64,000 nucleotides of DNA, from contig OZ024741.1 in NCBI GenBank assembly GCA_964016885.1, positions 132,556,001 to 132,620,000 of the forward strand. Reading direction: 5' to 3'. The first letter of the stretch is position 1. Every line of letters starts with the position of its first letter. The position numbers were made by a program, and so were the translations under genes. The notes below the pieces were generated by a model. The model saw only the letters and a program-made list of their open reading frames with translations, ran no database searches and was not told where the DNA came from. Positions 42,087-55,042 of the stretch are shown here, one piece after another. This DNA is from Eledone cirrhosa. Taxonomy: Eukaryota.

Positions 42087-44224
42087 ATGTATACACCAAA
42101 TACACATAAAAATATTCAAAACAACATCTGAATATTTCTACAAAGAACATACCCGTACCAAGCAGGAAAACACCTAAAACTCCTGATACAGAAAACAGAC
42201 GCGTTCATTAAAAGGTTGCGTTGGAGTGCCTTTTATTTCGATAATCAGGGAAAAGCAGACAACAAACAAGACAAATTTGGGTTTAAAACCTATAATAACC
42301 CTCCGTGTAACCCAGCATTGCTACCCTTCGAAAATGATGTCTTGGAACTCATACGGAGTATCAAATTTCGGAATAGGAGCAATTCCTTCCAGCAGGACCT
42401 GAAGTATAGAATTCGTTCTATTAAGGATTCTAATGCCGTGCACGTCCATTCCGACAAAACTGGCAATCTATATCAAGTGGAGAGCAGTACTTACCATCAA
42501 CTACTACATAATGCTGTAACTAAGGATTACCGTAAAACTAATCGGAGCGTCATTAATGACATCAACGATGCTGGGTTTAAAATCACCTCTGATCTCAACA
42601 TCCTGGCCCGGACTGAACCTCTGGACCCTATTTCTCCCCACTTTACCCTGAAGCATCACAAATCCAATTTTCCGAACAACCCCTCTATTCAGCTTATTAA
42701 CCCTATGAAGTCCGATTTAGGTAGACTTAGTAAAAGGATTCTTGATAGAATTATACCTGAAATTAGAAGTTTGGACCCTCTTGCACTGTGGAACAATTCT
42801 TTCGCGGTGATTTATTGGTTCAACGGCATATGCAACAAGGAACATTGCTGTTTTATCTAATTCGACATCAATAATTACTACTCCTCCATCACTTTACCAC
42901 TTCTCCTTAGAGCTATCAATTTCGCTAAAACACTCACAGTGTTTAAGGATTTCGAAGTTGATGTCATCCTCAATGCCCGTAAGTCGGTGATTAATTTCGA
43001 CGACTCTATTTGGATTAAAAAATCTAATAGTACCCCATTCGACGTGAGTATGGGCACCAGCGATTCTGCGGAGGTTACTGATCTTATCGGCCTTTTCCTT
43101 CTTTTCTCTATCAAGGAAGAATTCCCCAACCTGGGCGGTGGTTTGTACCGTGATGATGGTCTTTTGACCATGACTAAGTGCGGCCCACGTGCTTGCGACA
43201 GGTTCAGAAAAGAACTCACAGCCTTCTTTAAAGGCTTCAACCTCTCCATACAGGTTGAGGCCAACCTCTCGGTCGTTAATTACCTCGACTTTACTCTCAA
43301 ATTATCGAATGGCTTACATTACCCGTATAGAAAGCCGAATGATACGCTTAATTACATAAGTAAGCATTCTAACCATCCTGCCAGCATAACCAAGAACCTG
43401 GTAAGAAACGTTTCTTTGAGGCTTTCCTGTCTATCTACTAACGAACATATTTTCAACGACCATTCCACATATTACAATGAAGCTCTTACTCGGAGTGGAT
43501 TTGTCGATAACGTAGCATATACAGAGTACGAGAACAGACCTAGAAGAAATAGATCCCGACGCATTATATGGTATAACCCACCATATAATATGGAGGTGGC
43601 CACACCTTTAGCTAAGATCTTTCTCTCACCCATAAATATAGTAAATATAGTAAAATTTTTAATAGAAATACTATTAAAATTTCTTACTCTACGACACCTA
43701 ACCTTGCACATAACATCACAGCTTCAAATTTAGCTAAACTACCTAGCCGTATGAACACGTGCAACCCTATAGTTAGTACTAACTGTAATTGTAGGAATCG
43801 AGTTGACTGCCCCCTATCCGGGAAATGCCTCTCCAGTAACATTGTCTACAAATGTAAGGTTGAAACACCCACGTCCCGTAGGGCTTACATAGGGTTAACC
43901 GCCAATAGATTCAAGCAGCGTCTTTACATGCATACCCATTCTTTTCGTTACCCTTTAAGAAGGAATATGACGTCACTTTCAGCTTATATCTGGAGTCTAA
44001 AAGACAACCACACCCAATATAAGTTACACTGGGAGATCCTAGCTAGGGCTAGAACGTATAACGGAAATAAAAGACCATGTGACCTCTGCGCCGCTGAGGC
44101 CCTGGAAATACTCTACGCCAAAGACCACATCTTAAACAAAAAATCTGAGGCAATTTCGGCTTGTAAACATAAATTGCACAAAGCTTTCCTGTATTACAGC
44201 CCCACATTACACCCTAACGGATAG
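42087..44224 (+). pseudogene. Near full-length Naiad-type Penelope-like element ORF (RT plus C-terminal GIY-YIG) with one nonsense codon and frameshifts
   Basis: STKNIPVPS, FIKRLRW, SDKTGNLY, LINP.KSDLG, FI*FDI..YYSSI, MG.SDSAEV.DLIG, GLYRDDGL, NYLD, PYRKPN, SNHP, IIWYNPPY, CNCR...CPL.GKC..NIVYK, YIGLT..FKQR..H, CDLC..E, LNKKSE..CKH. Confidence 0.92.
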
Positions 44225-45337
44225 TACGAACTATACGCGGATATTTTACGTCTTGATGTGGTAGCTAAGTATATGTTATGTTTATACCATTACTTATTTG
44301 TATAGGTAAGTATATATTACCTGTATGTTTTGTGAAAGTACGTATACTTTCTCGTACGTATATTTGATTGTATATGTTATGGCGTATATATTATTATTTT
44401 TCCGGTACATATGCTTTTGGTTATGTGTATACGTGAGTTTTGCGTCTGTGTGAGTATGCGGGTTCGTACGTATGTAGAGTGTGTGTATATGTGTACATCG
44501 TGTTTTGGTTGACGTACGTCTCCGAACATAAGTGTATTTACATGTAGGTATGTGTGTGCGCTTGTTATATACGTATTTATTTATTTATATACGTTTATTT
44601 AATTATTTGTATACACGCGCACCCACACATATATTTTTTTTTTTTTTTTTTTTTAATATATATTTGTATGTGTATTTGGTGTATACATTCGTATGCGTGC
44701 GGGTACAGGCGTTGTGTGGGTTCTGTATGTGCGTGCGGTTTTCTTTTTTTTTTGTGTGTACGTGCGTGTATTTGTGTACCCATGGCGAGTGTTTTGCGTA
44801 TGCTTGTGTATGTACGTATATGGATGCGTGTGTGTATTTATTTAATTTCATTTACCTTGTATTTTATTTACTTTATTCTTAACTCTGAAGCCGAGAATCA
44901 TTCGGTTTCCTAGTTAGAATTTTAGTCTACGACTTCAGTTATACCATTTACGTGGTTTTGTCTTTGCGTGCAATTGTTCTCCCCGCTTCACATATGACGT
45001 ATTATCTTCATTTTTTCCGTTCATTGCCAGAGAACGTCTCTATGAACCACCTAATAGAATATTAGTCTACGACTTCTTTTATACCATAAACGTGGTTCTG
45101 TCTTTGCGTGTAATTGTTTTGCACCGCTCCAAATAGCGACGTATTATATTCGTTTTTTCCCGTTCTTTGCCAGGGAACGTTTCCACGAACCAAATTACCG
45201 TCTTCCTCTCTTCCTCCGGTTGCAACTTTTTTTTATATATTCACTTCTGCGTTCACAAATTGACTTTGTTAGTTTCAGAAGATCCCGTTAAAGGTGTAAG
45301 CAGCGATTCTTTGCTTAAACTTTAATCTGTTATTTTA

Positions 45338-45345
<8 letters not shown>
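44225..45345 (+). mobile_element. Naiad 3' pseudo-LTR with internal ~140-bp tandem duplication and terminal HHR-like motif, ending in (TA)n
   Basis: 44919-45055 duplicates 45057-45195. CAGAAGA motif at 45272-45320. Homologous solo copy at 55450-56380. Confidence 0.8.
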
Positions 45346-45398
<53 letters not shown>

Positions 45399-45429
45399 TT
45401 ATTATTACTATATATATAAATATATATAT

Positions 45430-45765
45430 GTGAGGATGGCTCAGAGCATTAATCAGTATACACTGAGGATGAAGAACTCAGAATTGTACGGAGCCTCCCA
45501 AAAGTCAGTTCGAGAGTGAGTAGCACAGAGGAGACTGAGGTTAGCTGGACATGCTCACCGACATCCAGAGTTAACACTGCACTCAGTGCTCCTGTGGGAG
45601 CTCCTGCATGGACACACTGGAAGAGGGAGACCGAGGTTGACATATATTGATGCCCTAAGGACAGACACTGGTCTCTTGGAGACGTAGGACATGGCAGCGA
45701 TGACTAGGGATAGGGACCGCTGAAGAGAACTCGTCCATGGATCTCGGGAATTTTACCCACCCTAG
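45430..45765 (+). mobile_element. RTE-clade LINE 3' end (family 2), second copy at 62802-62988
   Basis: QRRLRLAGHAHRHPEL..VLLWE..HG..GRGRPRLTYIDAL..DTG. Confidence 0.8.
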
Positions 45766-45770
45766 GAAAA

Positions 45771-45809
45771 GAGTTATAAGGCTTTGGACGCTAGTCCTTC
45801 ATCAGAAAA
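45771..45809 (-). ncRNA. Degenerate hammerhead (17281 family)
   Basis: CUGAUGA a GGAC-UAGC-GUCC followed by AAAG instead of GAAA. Confidence 0.55.
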
Positions 45810-45857
45810 TAGAATGAGAAATTAAAAAAGAAATAGGAAGATAGAGGAGAGTGAGCA

Positions 45858-46290
45858 GTGGCATTTCTTTATGCACTTGTTATCTTCCATGCGCATCATA
45901 TGTCTATACCAACAGTCTTCTCTCTTGCACATTTAATTCCTCTTATGCTAAGTTTTTCTCTCAGTTTTCTTATGCTATGTCGCTCATGCAGACTAACTTT
46001 ACACATCCATCGGATCGTACATGACTCATTGCTTTCTAGCCTCTGCAGGTCTTCTGCAGTCAAGCCCATGTTTCACTGTCAGGTAGCATGGCAGTTCACA
46101 CACAGGTATCATATAGTCTACCCGTCTCTCTGAGAGAAAAGCATTTTGTTGATAGCAGCGGAAATAGATCTATAATTCTCCCAGCCTGTTCTTATCCTAG
46201 TTATCACACTTTCGGTGGATCCTCTCCAACTGCTAATTTGATCGCCTAGTTATCGAAAGCTGTCATCAACAACCACAGAGATGCAAAAGT
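45858..46290 (-). mobile_element. RTE LINE fragment
   Basis: Reverse strand shows HGLDCR..LESNES..IRWM..REKLSIRGIKC..RMEDNKCIRN-like remnants. Confidence 0.6.
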
Positions 46291-46338
46291 ACAGTCTTAT
46301 TAGCTTTATATATACATATATATATATATATATATAAT

Positions 46339-46404
<66 letters not shown>

Positions 46405-46408
<4 letters not shown>

Positions 46409-47790
46409 ATCAAAAGATGGTTAAAGGAGTTCCATGTATTTTATTATGCGCATTTCAAAAACAAACATCATCATGCAATAATATTTGTGTTTTCATCAGA
46501 TAAAACAGGAGAACATGATATGAAGGCTAAAAAAAAAATAAAAAATAAAAAAAATAAATAAAACACTTGTGGATAGTGCAGTTTTAAATCAACATATGAA
46601 AAGTGGTTTTAGATTGATGTGTGATATTGGGAAAAATATTTTATTTAGAGAGGGGGGGTGGAAAGGATGAAAAAGGGGAGGAGATGAGAGGGAGAGATGG
46701 GTGATAGAGAGAAAGAAAGAGATAGTTTTTATAACTGAGAGGAGATATATTGTTTTACATAGAGAGGTTGAAAACCGTTGGAAGATAATGTATAAATTAA
46801 AAATTTGAAATTAACGAAGGGAGGATATGTGCGAGGAAAGAATATTTTATTTATGGAGGGGGGGGGGGTGAAAAAAGGGGGAGGAGATGAGAGTGAAGGT
46901 GGAGAGGGAGAGATGGGTGATAGAGAGAAAGAGATAGTTTTTATAACTGAGAAAAAGATATATTGTTTTACATAAATTAAAGGAATTTGAAAATTAACGA
47001 AGGGAATTTATGTATGAAGATAGAGAGAAAAAATAATAATTGTGGATGAATATTCTAACGTCAAAAAAAGTGTGTGTTGATAAGTATTGTGGCAATTTCA
47101 AAATTAACGAAGAGAAAAATTATTAAGGTTTGTGTGTAGAAGGATTTGAGAAAAATAATGTGAAGTTAAAGTTTGTATATTGAAGGAATTGATAATATAT
47201 GCGAATAAGGAGTTAATATGTATTAAGAATGAGTTCGTTGATGGGGAGAAAAAATAATAAATTAAGGATGAAATTGAGATTAAAAAGATTTATGATAGAG
47301 AGAAAAAATAATAATGATTGCGGATGAATATTCTTACGTCAAACAAATAAATGTATATGTTATGAAGGATTTTACAAGGTGAAGATAGAATGAGGGTAAT
47401 GAGTAAACAAGTATTATAGAGTGTATAATGCCCTTTAAAGTAAGGTGGGAAGATGGATATATTTTAAAGAGGTGTATGTATATGTGCCTTTGAGAAAAGA
47501 TTCTAAATTGATAAAGAATTGAATATTAACTGTATACTTTGTGAAAAGTTCTATGGAATGTATGCAGGCAGATAGAAAATAAATCTGTACGTCTATTTAT
47601 TATAGAATCTAGGTTAGAGATAATGGTAAATTTTTCATTTAGGCAGAGATTACAGATTTTAGATAGAGAGCTGTTCAAGTATGCAGAAGAAACCTTCTTC
47701 CAAAAGATGGTATATTTAATGTTTTTGTCTTTTAAGGACCATATGAGTTCTGAGAGAGCAGTGTTGGTTCTTTTAAGTTTGTATTTGAAA
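46405..47790 (-). mobile_element. Second Naiad-type PLE, 5'-truncated (GIY-YIG C-terminus, 3' UTR and HHR), between (TA)n tracts
   Basis: ~47790-47540 reverse strand encodes FKYKLKRTNTALSELIWSLKDKNIKYTIFWKK..KICNLCLNEKFTII..IINRRTDLFSICLH, homologous to 43940-44180. Confidence 0.85.
46439..46506 (-). ncRNA. Hammerhead ribozyme with long stem II
   Basis: UUUUAU CUGAUGA ..ACAAAUAUUAU/AUGAUGUUUGU.. GAA AUGCGCAU A AUAAAA. 6-bp stem I and palindromic stem III. Confidence 0.8.
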
Positions 47791-47930
47791 GATATATATA
47801 TATATATATATATATATAAATTTCGTATTTCTAAAGAAACAAGGTATGTTTACAGGTAAACATTTAGAAAGCCGTAGGTATGCAAAAAACACCGGGGCTA
47901 ACGCCCTCTGGTGGTGTCCAGATGAAGCAA

Positions 47931-47980
47931 GGGGGACAATCGCCGATTCATTTCGAACTTAACTGGTCCTCATCAGGACG
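47931..47980 (-). ncRNA. Hammerhead-like motif
   Basis: CUGAUGA GGAC-CAGUUAA-GUUC GAAA ugAAUC-GGC-GAUU GUC. Stem I pairing is poor. Confidence 0.55.
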
Positions 47981-48589
47981 ATCCCTCCCACGCTTGCGAC
48001 TGCTGGACTTGAAAACAGTCGAGAATATATAGTTTTCTCGTCTGAGTAAATGAGGTGATTAATCTCATTTGCATATGAAGCTGTATATGTTGGCTCAACT
48101 TATAATAGAATAGAATTAGGATTTAGCTTCAGGCATAGCTGTATAGAGATATGTATAGAATTTCGCACGAGAGAGGGGGGGTGAGAGAGAGAGAGAGTCC
48201 TGATTCTACGCAGGTTTGATAACTTAATAATTACATGATTTCGAAATTCGATTCCTCTGTGTGATACCGTGATACCTTGATCATGTGTTTACCATAGCCA
48301 TGGTCAGACCCGTGGGCTATGAGAGAAACCGTAACTTACTGTGCACCGGAGGGGCCGTTCCTGTATTTTTGAGTGATAGATTTAATCCTTCTTCCACTAC
48401 TCTTGAATCCTTTATCGAAGTCTTCTCTGTTCCAAGTTATATTCACGTCTCCACTCTAAAGATAACTTTCTCTTCTCCCATCAGAATTAGTGGCATTGAA
48501 AAATATCACAGACGTTGTCCTTTTTTTTTTTTACTTTAAGTATGGCCGAAAAGAAACACCAATCCAATCCAGGGCCTTCTCACTAAGTT

Positions 48590-48710
48590 TGGAGAAACCC
48601 CTGGTTGACTTCCACCGCTTTTTGTTTGATTTTAGTCATGTCTTCCGGGGTGTAGCAGGCGTATTCACCCCGCTTGGTCAATTGCGGGTTGGTGAGGCTA
48701 TTTAACCCAT
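48590..48710 (-). pseudogene. Possible DNA-transposase N-terminal remnant
   Basis: LTKRGEYACYTPEDMTKIKQKAVE resembles the KRG.Y..YTPE N-termini of pogo/Tc1-like transposases. Short match only. Confidence 0.3.
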
Positions 48711-48724
48711 AGTATGGTAGAAAG

Positions 48725-48950
48725 TGAAGGCGTGTGGCTTAGTAGTTCGAGAGTTGGATTCGTAATCGTGAGGTTGTGAGTTCAATTCTCGGACTGATTG
48801 AGGCGTTGCGTCCTTTCAGGTTGCTCCTTCTGCCAGGAGTTGCGATCGGTAGATAGATGGAAAGACCAATGAAAACATTGTTTTCATAGTCCTATTTGAC
48901 GAGGTCCACCCCACTCGGCAAGTGAATGAGGTCTGGGATCATGTCGATCG
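48725..48950 (+). mobile_element. SINE family B
   Basis: GGCGTGTGGCTTAGTAG..GAGTTCAATTCTCGG head. Tail matches 13560-13650 and 15040-15100. Confidence 0.75.
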
Positions 48951-49266
48951 ATCAGAGCGATGGCAGAAAGGAAACACACAAGCCTCTAAATATTTGTGTA
49001 TTCACACTGTGTTCAGAAAGCCATTCTATCGGTATTTAAACAAAAAAACGTAGGTTACTTCAACACGTAACGTTTAAATGCTCCAGACCAAATATGATCC
49101 CAAGCCTATTCCGTTTAAAAGGTGATGTATTTTGACATTTAACAACTTTATACGCTTTAAAAAGCTGTCTGGTTTTCCTGAATAAATTATATAATTCACA
49201 CGATTGATAATTTTCTATCCAGTTTTATAAACACTCATTCTCTATTGCAAATGTGTGTGTGTTCGT

Positions 49267-49330
<64 letters not shown>

Positions 49331-49792
49331 ACGAACACACACACATATGTGGGGGAGGGCATTTGAAAGAGAGAGAGGGGGTAAGTAGTGAGTATAGTGA
49401 GTGAGATGTAAGGATACTAAAAGAGATAAATGTCTCGGTTAATGCCAATATTAATTTATTAAAACAACTTCAAAGTATCGAATAATTCTATATTATAATG
49501 TTTCTACTAAATAAAAACTGGAAAAAAGACATGTCATAAGAAACATGATATGTTATTTTAATCATAGTTCATTGGTGACATTTACATTTTAATAAAAAAA
49601 AATTGACTTTTGCCTTATTTTATTCTTGGAGAGAAGCAACGCCTGAGCTTTTCAACCTGCCCTTTCTTTATCACCACCTCGTTACCGTGGGAGATGTCTA
49701 CGTTCTACAGAATGGATAGATTGTTATGAATATTACATATTTCTGAACTAATGCTATTACTGTCTGACGCGCCAGTATGTGGCATAAATACG

Positions 49793-49976
49793 ATTGGCAC
49801 TATCGGTAGAGGGTCGGACGCCATGCTTTGCAGCATGGAATCATGGCCCTTTATGGTCTGAGTTCAAATTCCACCGAGATTAACTTTGCCTTTCATTGTT
49901 ACGGGGTTGATAAAATATAGCACTAGTAATGCACTGGGATAATTGCTGGTTGTGTGCCAAAAGCAGAAACAATTAT
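49793..49976 (+). mobile_element. SINE family A
   Basis: Matches the family consensus. Confidence 0.85.
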
Positions 49977-50199
49977 ATGACATTTCACTGATTAGACGTA
50001 GCCATCAACGTATGATCAGTAGCGTTTATTTAAAAGATGAAATATTTAGCGACGGTCGATCATATCGGCCACAGTGTGTGAAATATTTATTCTGTCCACC
50101 TCTAAAGGATGAGAGGTGAAAATGTGTGTGGGGAGGGGGTTAAATCAGAACGTTAAGATCTGCAACTAAATACTGCAGCACATTTTTGTCAAAATGTAC

Positions 50200-50530
50200 T
50201 TTCTGACTCATTTTTTTCAGCTAGACGCGTTCGATGACAGCTTTTTAAAACAAGATCATCTTACACAACAACGCCAACATCAACAGTTTTTCAAGAGTTG
50301 AATAGACCTATTTTTTCTCTAGAAATTTGTTTTCGTTTCTGCCTCGTCCCTTCATCTTTAATTTCTTTGATTTTTCATTCTATTTTCTGATGAAGGATTA
50401 GCACCCGAAACGTTAAGACTCTTTTCCTACTTTTCCTACTATATCAAACGTAAAATGAATATATTTCTTCATTGTACTGTCATTTTTTTTTTGTTTTTTT
50501 TTATTTCTGTTTGCCTTTTGCATACACACA
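50200..50530 (+). mobile_element. Solo Neptune-type pLTR with HHR at 50383-50418
   Basis: Homologous to 17090-17410. UUUU CUGAUGA aGGAUUAGCACCC GAAACGU U AAGA. Confidence 0.75.
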
Positions 50531-50576
50531 CACACACACATATATATTTATATCTATCTATTTATCTATCTATCTA

Positions 50577-50663
<87 letters not shown>

Positions 50664-50783
50664 AGGAAAAGCGAAGTAGTTTCACTGAAACTACTTCGCT
50701 TTTCCTTATTCGATATTTACTCCGTCACTCCTATGTAGAAAAAGTACGTTGAGTGCTTGAATTGAATTGCATCAATGTTTACC

Positions 50784-50854
<71 letters not shown>

Positions 50855-51019
50855 CGAGAATAAACAAAATAAACACAAAGATGCAAAAACACAAATCTTA
50901 TTAGTTTTACGCTTAGGAAAAAGTAAATGAGAATTTCGACGCATCGGACATCAGTCCTTTTTTTAGGAAAAGATTGGAACAACGGAGTCTTGAAAAGACA
51001 AAATATGTAGATATATGTA

Positions 51020-51089
<70 letters not shown>

Positions 51090-51096
<7 letters not shown>

Positions 51097-51263
51097 AAAA
51101 AGAGATGAAATCGAAAATGCAACTGGAATCTTATTTTTTTTTTAAATATATATATTTATTTGGTTCCTTTTTCGCAGTTCTTCTGCTTTTCAAAAGGTGA
51201 GTTGAGATGGAGGGTCTGTGTAGGACACCTCGGTTATTTTTCATTTTGTAAAAAAAACCTCAC

Positions 51264-51341
<78 letters not shown>

Positions 51342-51548
51342 GTGAGGTTTTTTTTACAAAATGAAAAATAACGGAGGTGTCCTACACGAGTGAAAGTATA
51401 AAGAAAAAAAGATGAAATCGAAAATGCAACTGGAGTCTTATTTTTTTTTTAAATATATATATTTATTTGGTTCCTTTACCGGTTTCGCAGTTCTTCTGCT
51501 TTTCAAAAGTAGAGTTGAGATGGAGGGTCTGTGGTTTTTTTCACATCT
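51090..51548. mobile_element. Rearranged array of a ~220-bp HHR unit (UUGAAAA core) with a tail-to-tail inversion around (TA)n
   Basis: 51219-51270 and 51334-51387 are inverted around (TA)n. 51335-51548 (-) matches 61548-61780 (+). Confidence 0.8.
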
Positions 51549-53309
51549 GAGAACCAAAGGTTAGTATGGTTCGTTGATTACTCAATGAATACAATTTTAC
51601 AATAGATTAGAAGCACTCAACAAGAAGTTTTCCTGGAGTTTTTAATATTATTCAAAATATTAACAAATGAAAAATATTCACATAATCAAAATATATACTT
51701 TATTATATATATTTCAGAGGTTACTGTGTTGTTTTTTCAGTACGTCCTCATCAGACAAAATATATGATTTGATATATGACATACCGCTACTGTCTTGATT
51801 ATACAATTCCAGTATTGGCAGTACTGCCAATACTGGAATTGTATAATTAAACAAATCTTTCCAGCCATCAGCTCTTCATTCTGGTTGCCTTGGATTTTTC
51901 GCGGAGTAGCTGAAGAGTAGATACAGTGTGGCCCTGTCTTCTATTTGTCTTATACATTCATTAATGCTACATTCTCCTCTCTGATTTCTTTACTCACTAT
52001 GTTATATAAGTGAGTAAGGGGGGGGGGGGGGGCTGCTTGCGTATGTATGCAACTAAACTAGTCGAAGTAATCCCCATAGCCAAAAATACAGAGGGGTTTT
52101 CTTGTTACTGTCGTTATCGTTGTTACTGTTTTTTATCCCCTGATTTAAGTTTAGTTGAACAAAAACCTACTGCCCATGACCATCGCATTTTTAGGTTATT
52201 TTTTAAACACAACATTATCAAATGTCTTTCTTTGCGTAGAATTTGATCAGGAGAATTGGCTACTGCATTTAACAGGTCAAGCGACTCATGCGCTAGCTCA
52301 CCAATTGCTTAATGAATAAAAAATGTATTCTGTTGTTGTTTAGCCACAGATCACCCCTCATCAAGCAGCTCTATGATGAAAGTCATTTCAGCAATCACCA
52401 TAGGTGTTTTCTTTTTTTCCTCCCAGACATTGTGTACCCCAGACAACATTACCCAATGAGTCCATTCTTTTTAGAAACTAGGATTTTTTTTCAACACGCT
52501 GATGCGTATGTGTATATGTGTGTGCGTGTGTGTATGAGCATATGCATACATTTATATGTATGAGTATATAAACATAAACGTGCAAAATACAGACACACTT
52601 ACAAAAATACACACTCACCGACATACATTCACACAAATACACACATACACATATACTCACACATCGAGTAACAAATGGAACTCTAGCCACTGTTTTGCTA
52701 TAGTTTTTCAACATCCTCTTTCTTTCTTTTACACACACATATATTCACACAAACACACACACACATATATTGTGTGACGGACGGGGGGAAGTCGCTCGAA
52801 ATTTATATATAGATGGAAAGATTTAAATGAAATTTGGCTGCGATTTAGAACAGATCAGACAGCTAGGTAATAGTGTTCTCGTTGGTGCATTGTTGTTCAT
52901 ATACTTTAGCCCTAGTTCAGCGTTCAACACGTAGATCCATAATCGAAGGAGCTTCATTGAGGGATATCCATTAAATTTCTTTTGATATAGTATAACTAAG
53001 GCCACATTTTGACATATGTACTTCCTTTTTTAGATGACTCCAGAGTAAGTAAACTTTGAGGAGGATTTTGCAGCGTATTTCTGGTAGTCCGAGGGAACCT
53101 TACTTACCTCATGTCTGTGTGAAGTGGGGGGGGGGTTATTTATGTGCGGTTATGCGTAAATATGTTTGTTTATTCAGCAGACCTGTCAACTCTCCCCGTC
53201 CGACAAGATCTCCCACCCACTTTGGGCTGGGTGAGAGTTGTCTTCTCTTGTGTAAATGGAAAATGTGTATAGCTTTCATTATGTAAAATCTCCCCCCCCC
53301 CCCCTCTAG

Positions 53310-53499
53310 GGGCGGTGGATTGGCAGTATCGGTAGAGGGTCAGACGCCATGCTTTCCAGCATAGTTACGTCCCTTAACGATCTGAGTTCAAATCCCGCCA
53401 AGGTTGACTTTGCCTTTCATCCTTACGGGGTCGATAAAATAAAGTACCAGTAATGCACTGGGTAATTGCTGGCCTTGTGCCTAAAGTAGAAACAATTAT
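53310..53499 (+). mobile_element. SINE family A, full length
   Basis: GGCGGTGGATTGGCAGTATCGGTAGAG (A box), GAGTTCAAATCCC (B box), central domain and tail. Confidence 0.9.
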
Positions 53500-54056
53500 G
53501 TAAAATCTCCCCATTTGACCTCATTTCTCCCCGTTTTGGGGTACGTTTTTCATGATACTCCTACTCCCTGTTTGGGTTTTTAGAAGTTGGCAGGTCTGAT
53601 TCAATATGTGTCTGTGTAAAAGTATGTATAAGAATGCGTGTGAACATGAAGTATATATGTGTGTATATTTGTTTGTGTGTGTATGTGTGAGTATGTGCGT
53701 GTATGTGTGTGATTATATTATGTTAACCTATTCAGTATGTGTGAAAGTATGAGAGAATGCGTGTAAACAAGGAGTATCTGTGTGTGTGTGTGTATCTGAT
53801 GTATCTGTGTGTGTGTATGTGTATCTGTGTGCGTATGCGTTTGTGTAAAAGTTTAGAAAAAATTTGTTTGTGTGTGTGTGTGTGTGATTGTGTCTTTGTG
53901 TGTTTGTGCGCGCGTGTATGTAAAAGTTTAGAGTAAATTTATACGTGTGTGTGTTTGTGTGTCTGTGTCAGTGTATATATGTATGTGTGTATGTATGTGT
54001 CTGTGTGTATGTATGTGTGTGTGTGTGCGCATTTGAGTGTCTGTGTCAGTGTATGA

Positions 54057-54126
<70 letters not shown>

Positions 54127-54388
54127 GAATGAAATACGTTAGCAACTTAACCTTTCCAATGTTTAAGTTATTCACTAATCGTCTGCTGTGGAAATGACAC
54201 AACACTATGTTGTCACATTAAAACATTTCCAGAAAAAAAGGACATTGAAGCCAAACATTAGATGTATATGAATTTTAAAAAACCAGACGACCTATCATTA
54301 TCAATTGATTTAGTTTAAAATGCCGGTGGCTAACGCTGGGAGTAGTTATCTGTTTAATTTTTGTTGGTCTGCTGCTTATTATAGTTAT

Positions 54389-54420
54389 TTACTAGCAGAA
54401 TGGCCCGGCGTTGCTCGGTA
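54389..54420 (-). mobile_element. Helitron-like 3' terminus
   Basis: Reverse strand CCGAGCAACGCCGGG hairpin followed by CTAG-T. Confidence 0.5.
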
Positions 54421-54704
54421 TATGCTCTAGGGTTCTTATATATTTGATATATATTTATCCTTCTCGAGCCTCGTGAAGTAAATACGTTTGTTTATATTTT
54501 GTTATTGAGTATGCAAAAATATCTGTACATGAATATATAAATAACAGTACCGAGAAGTACGGAATACCTCGGCCTCGGGTTGGTGTCTACATTTTGTGCT
54601 TATAAAAAAAATTCGTCGTACATTACCAGGGTTTTTTACGTTCGAAGAAAATCAATACTTTATCGCGAAATAAATACTTTTGTTTATATATGTACATGAA
54701 TATA

Positions 54705-54745
<41 letters not shown>

Positions 54746-55042
54746 ATATAATATGTTGAAATGGTAGCACACTAGAGAGAGAGAGATAGTGCGCCATCAA
54801 TCAAACAGGGAAAAACCACCAGTGTATGGAATCTATAACCCATGGAAAGCAGAGTAGACACACGATAATTAAAAGTATAAATTAAAGTGTAAATACATAC
54901 CTCGATAACTATCTAACACATATGTACAAATCCAAAGAGATCTGTTTCGCCAATAAGTTGTTGACAGAAATGAATAGCCCATGGTTCATCAGCGTATGTC
55001 AGGCTATACATTTTAAACTAAAAAATCAATCTGTGATTTTTA

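Noticed and set aside
42858-42860. Selenocysteine read-through in the Naiad ORF
   Set aside because: The stop is TAA, not TGA, at a position likely to have been Gln (CAA).
51725-51757. Minus-strand CUGAUGAGGACGUACUGAAA
   Set aside because: Stems II and III do not form.
53310-53400. tRNA gene
   Set aside because: A/B boxes are present, but it is the head of a multicopy SINE with no complete cloverleaf.
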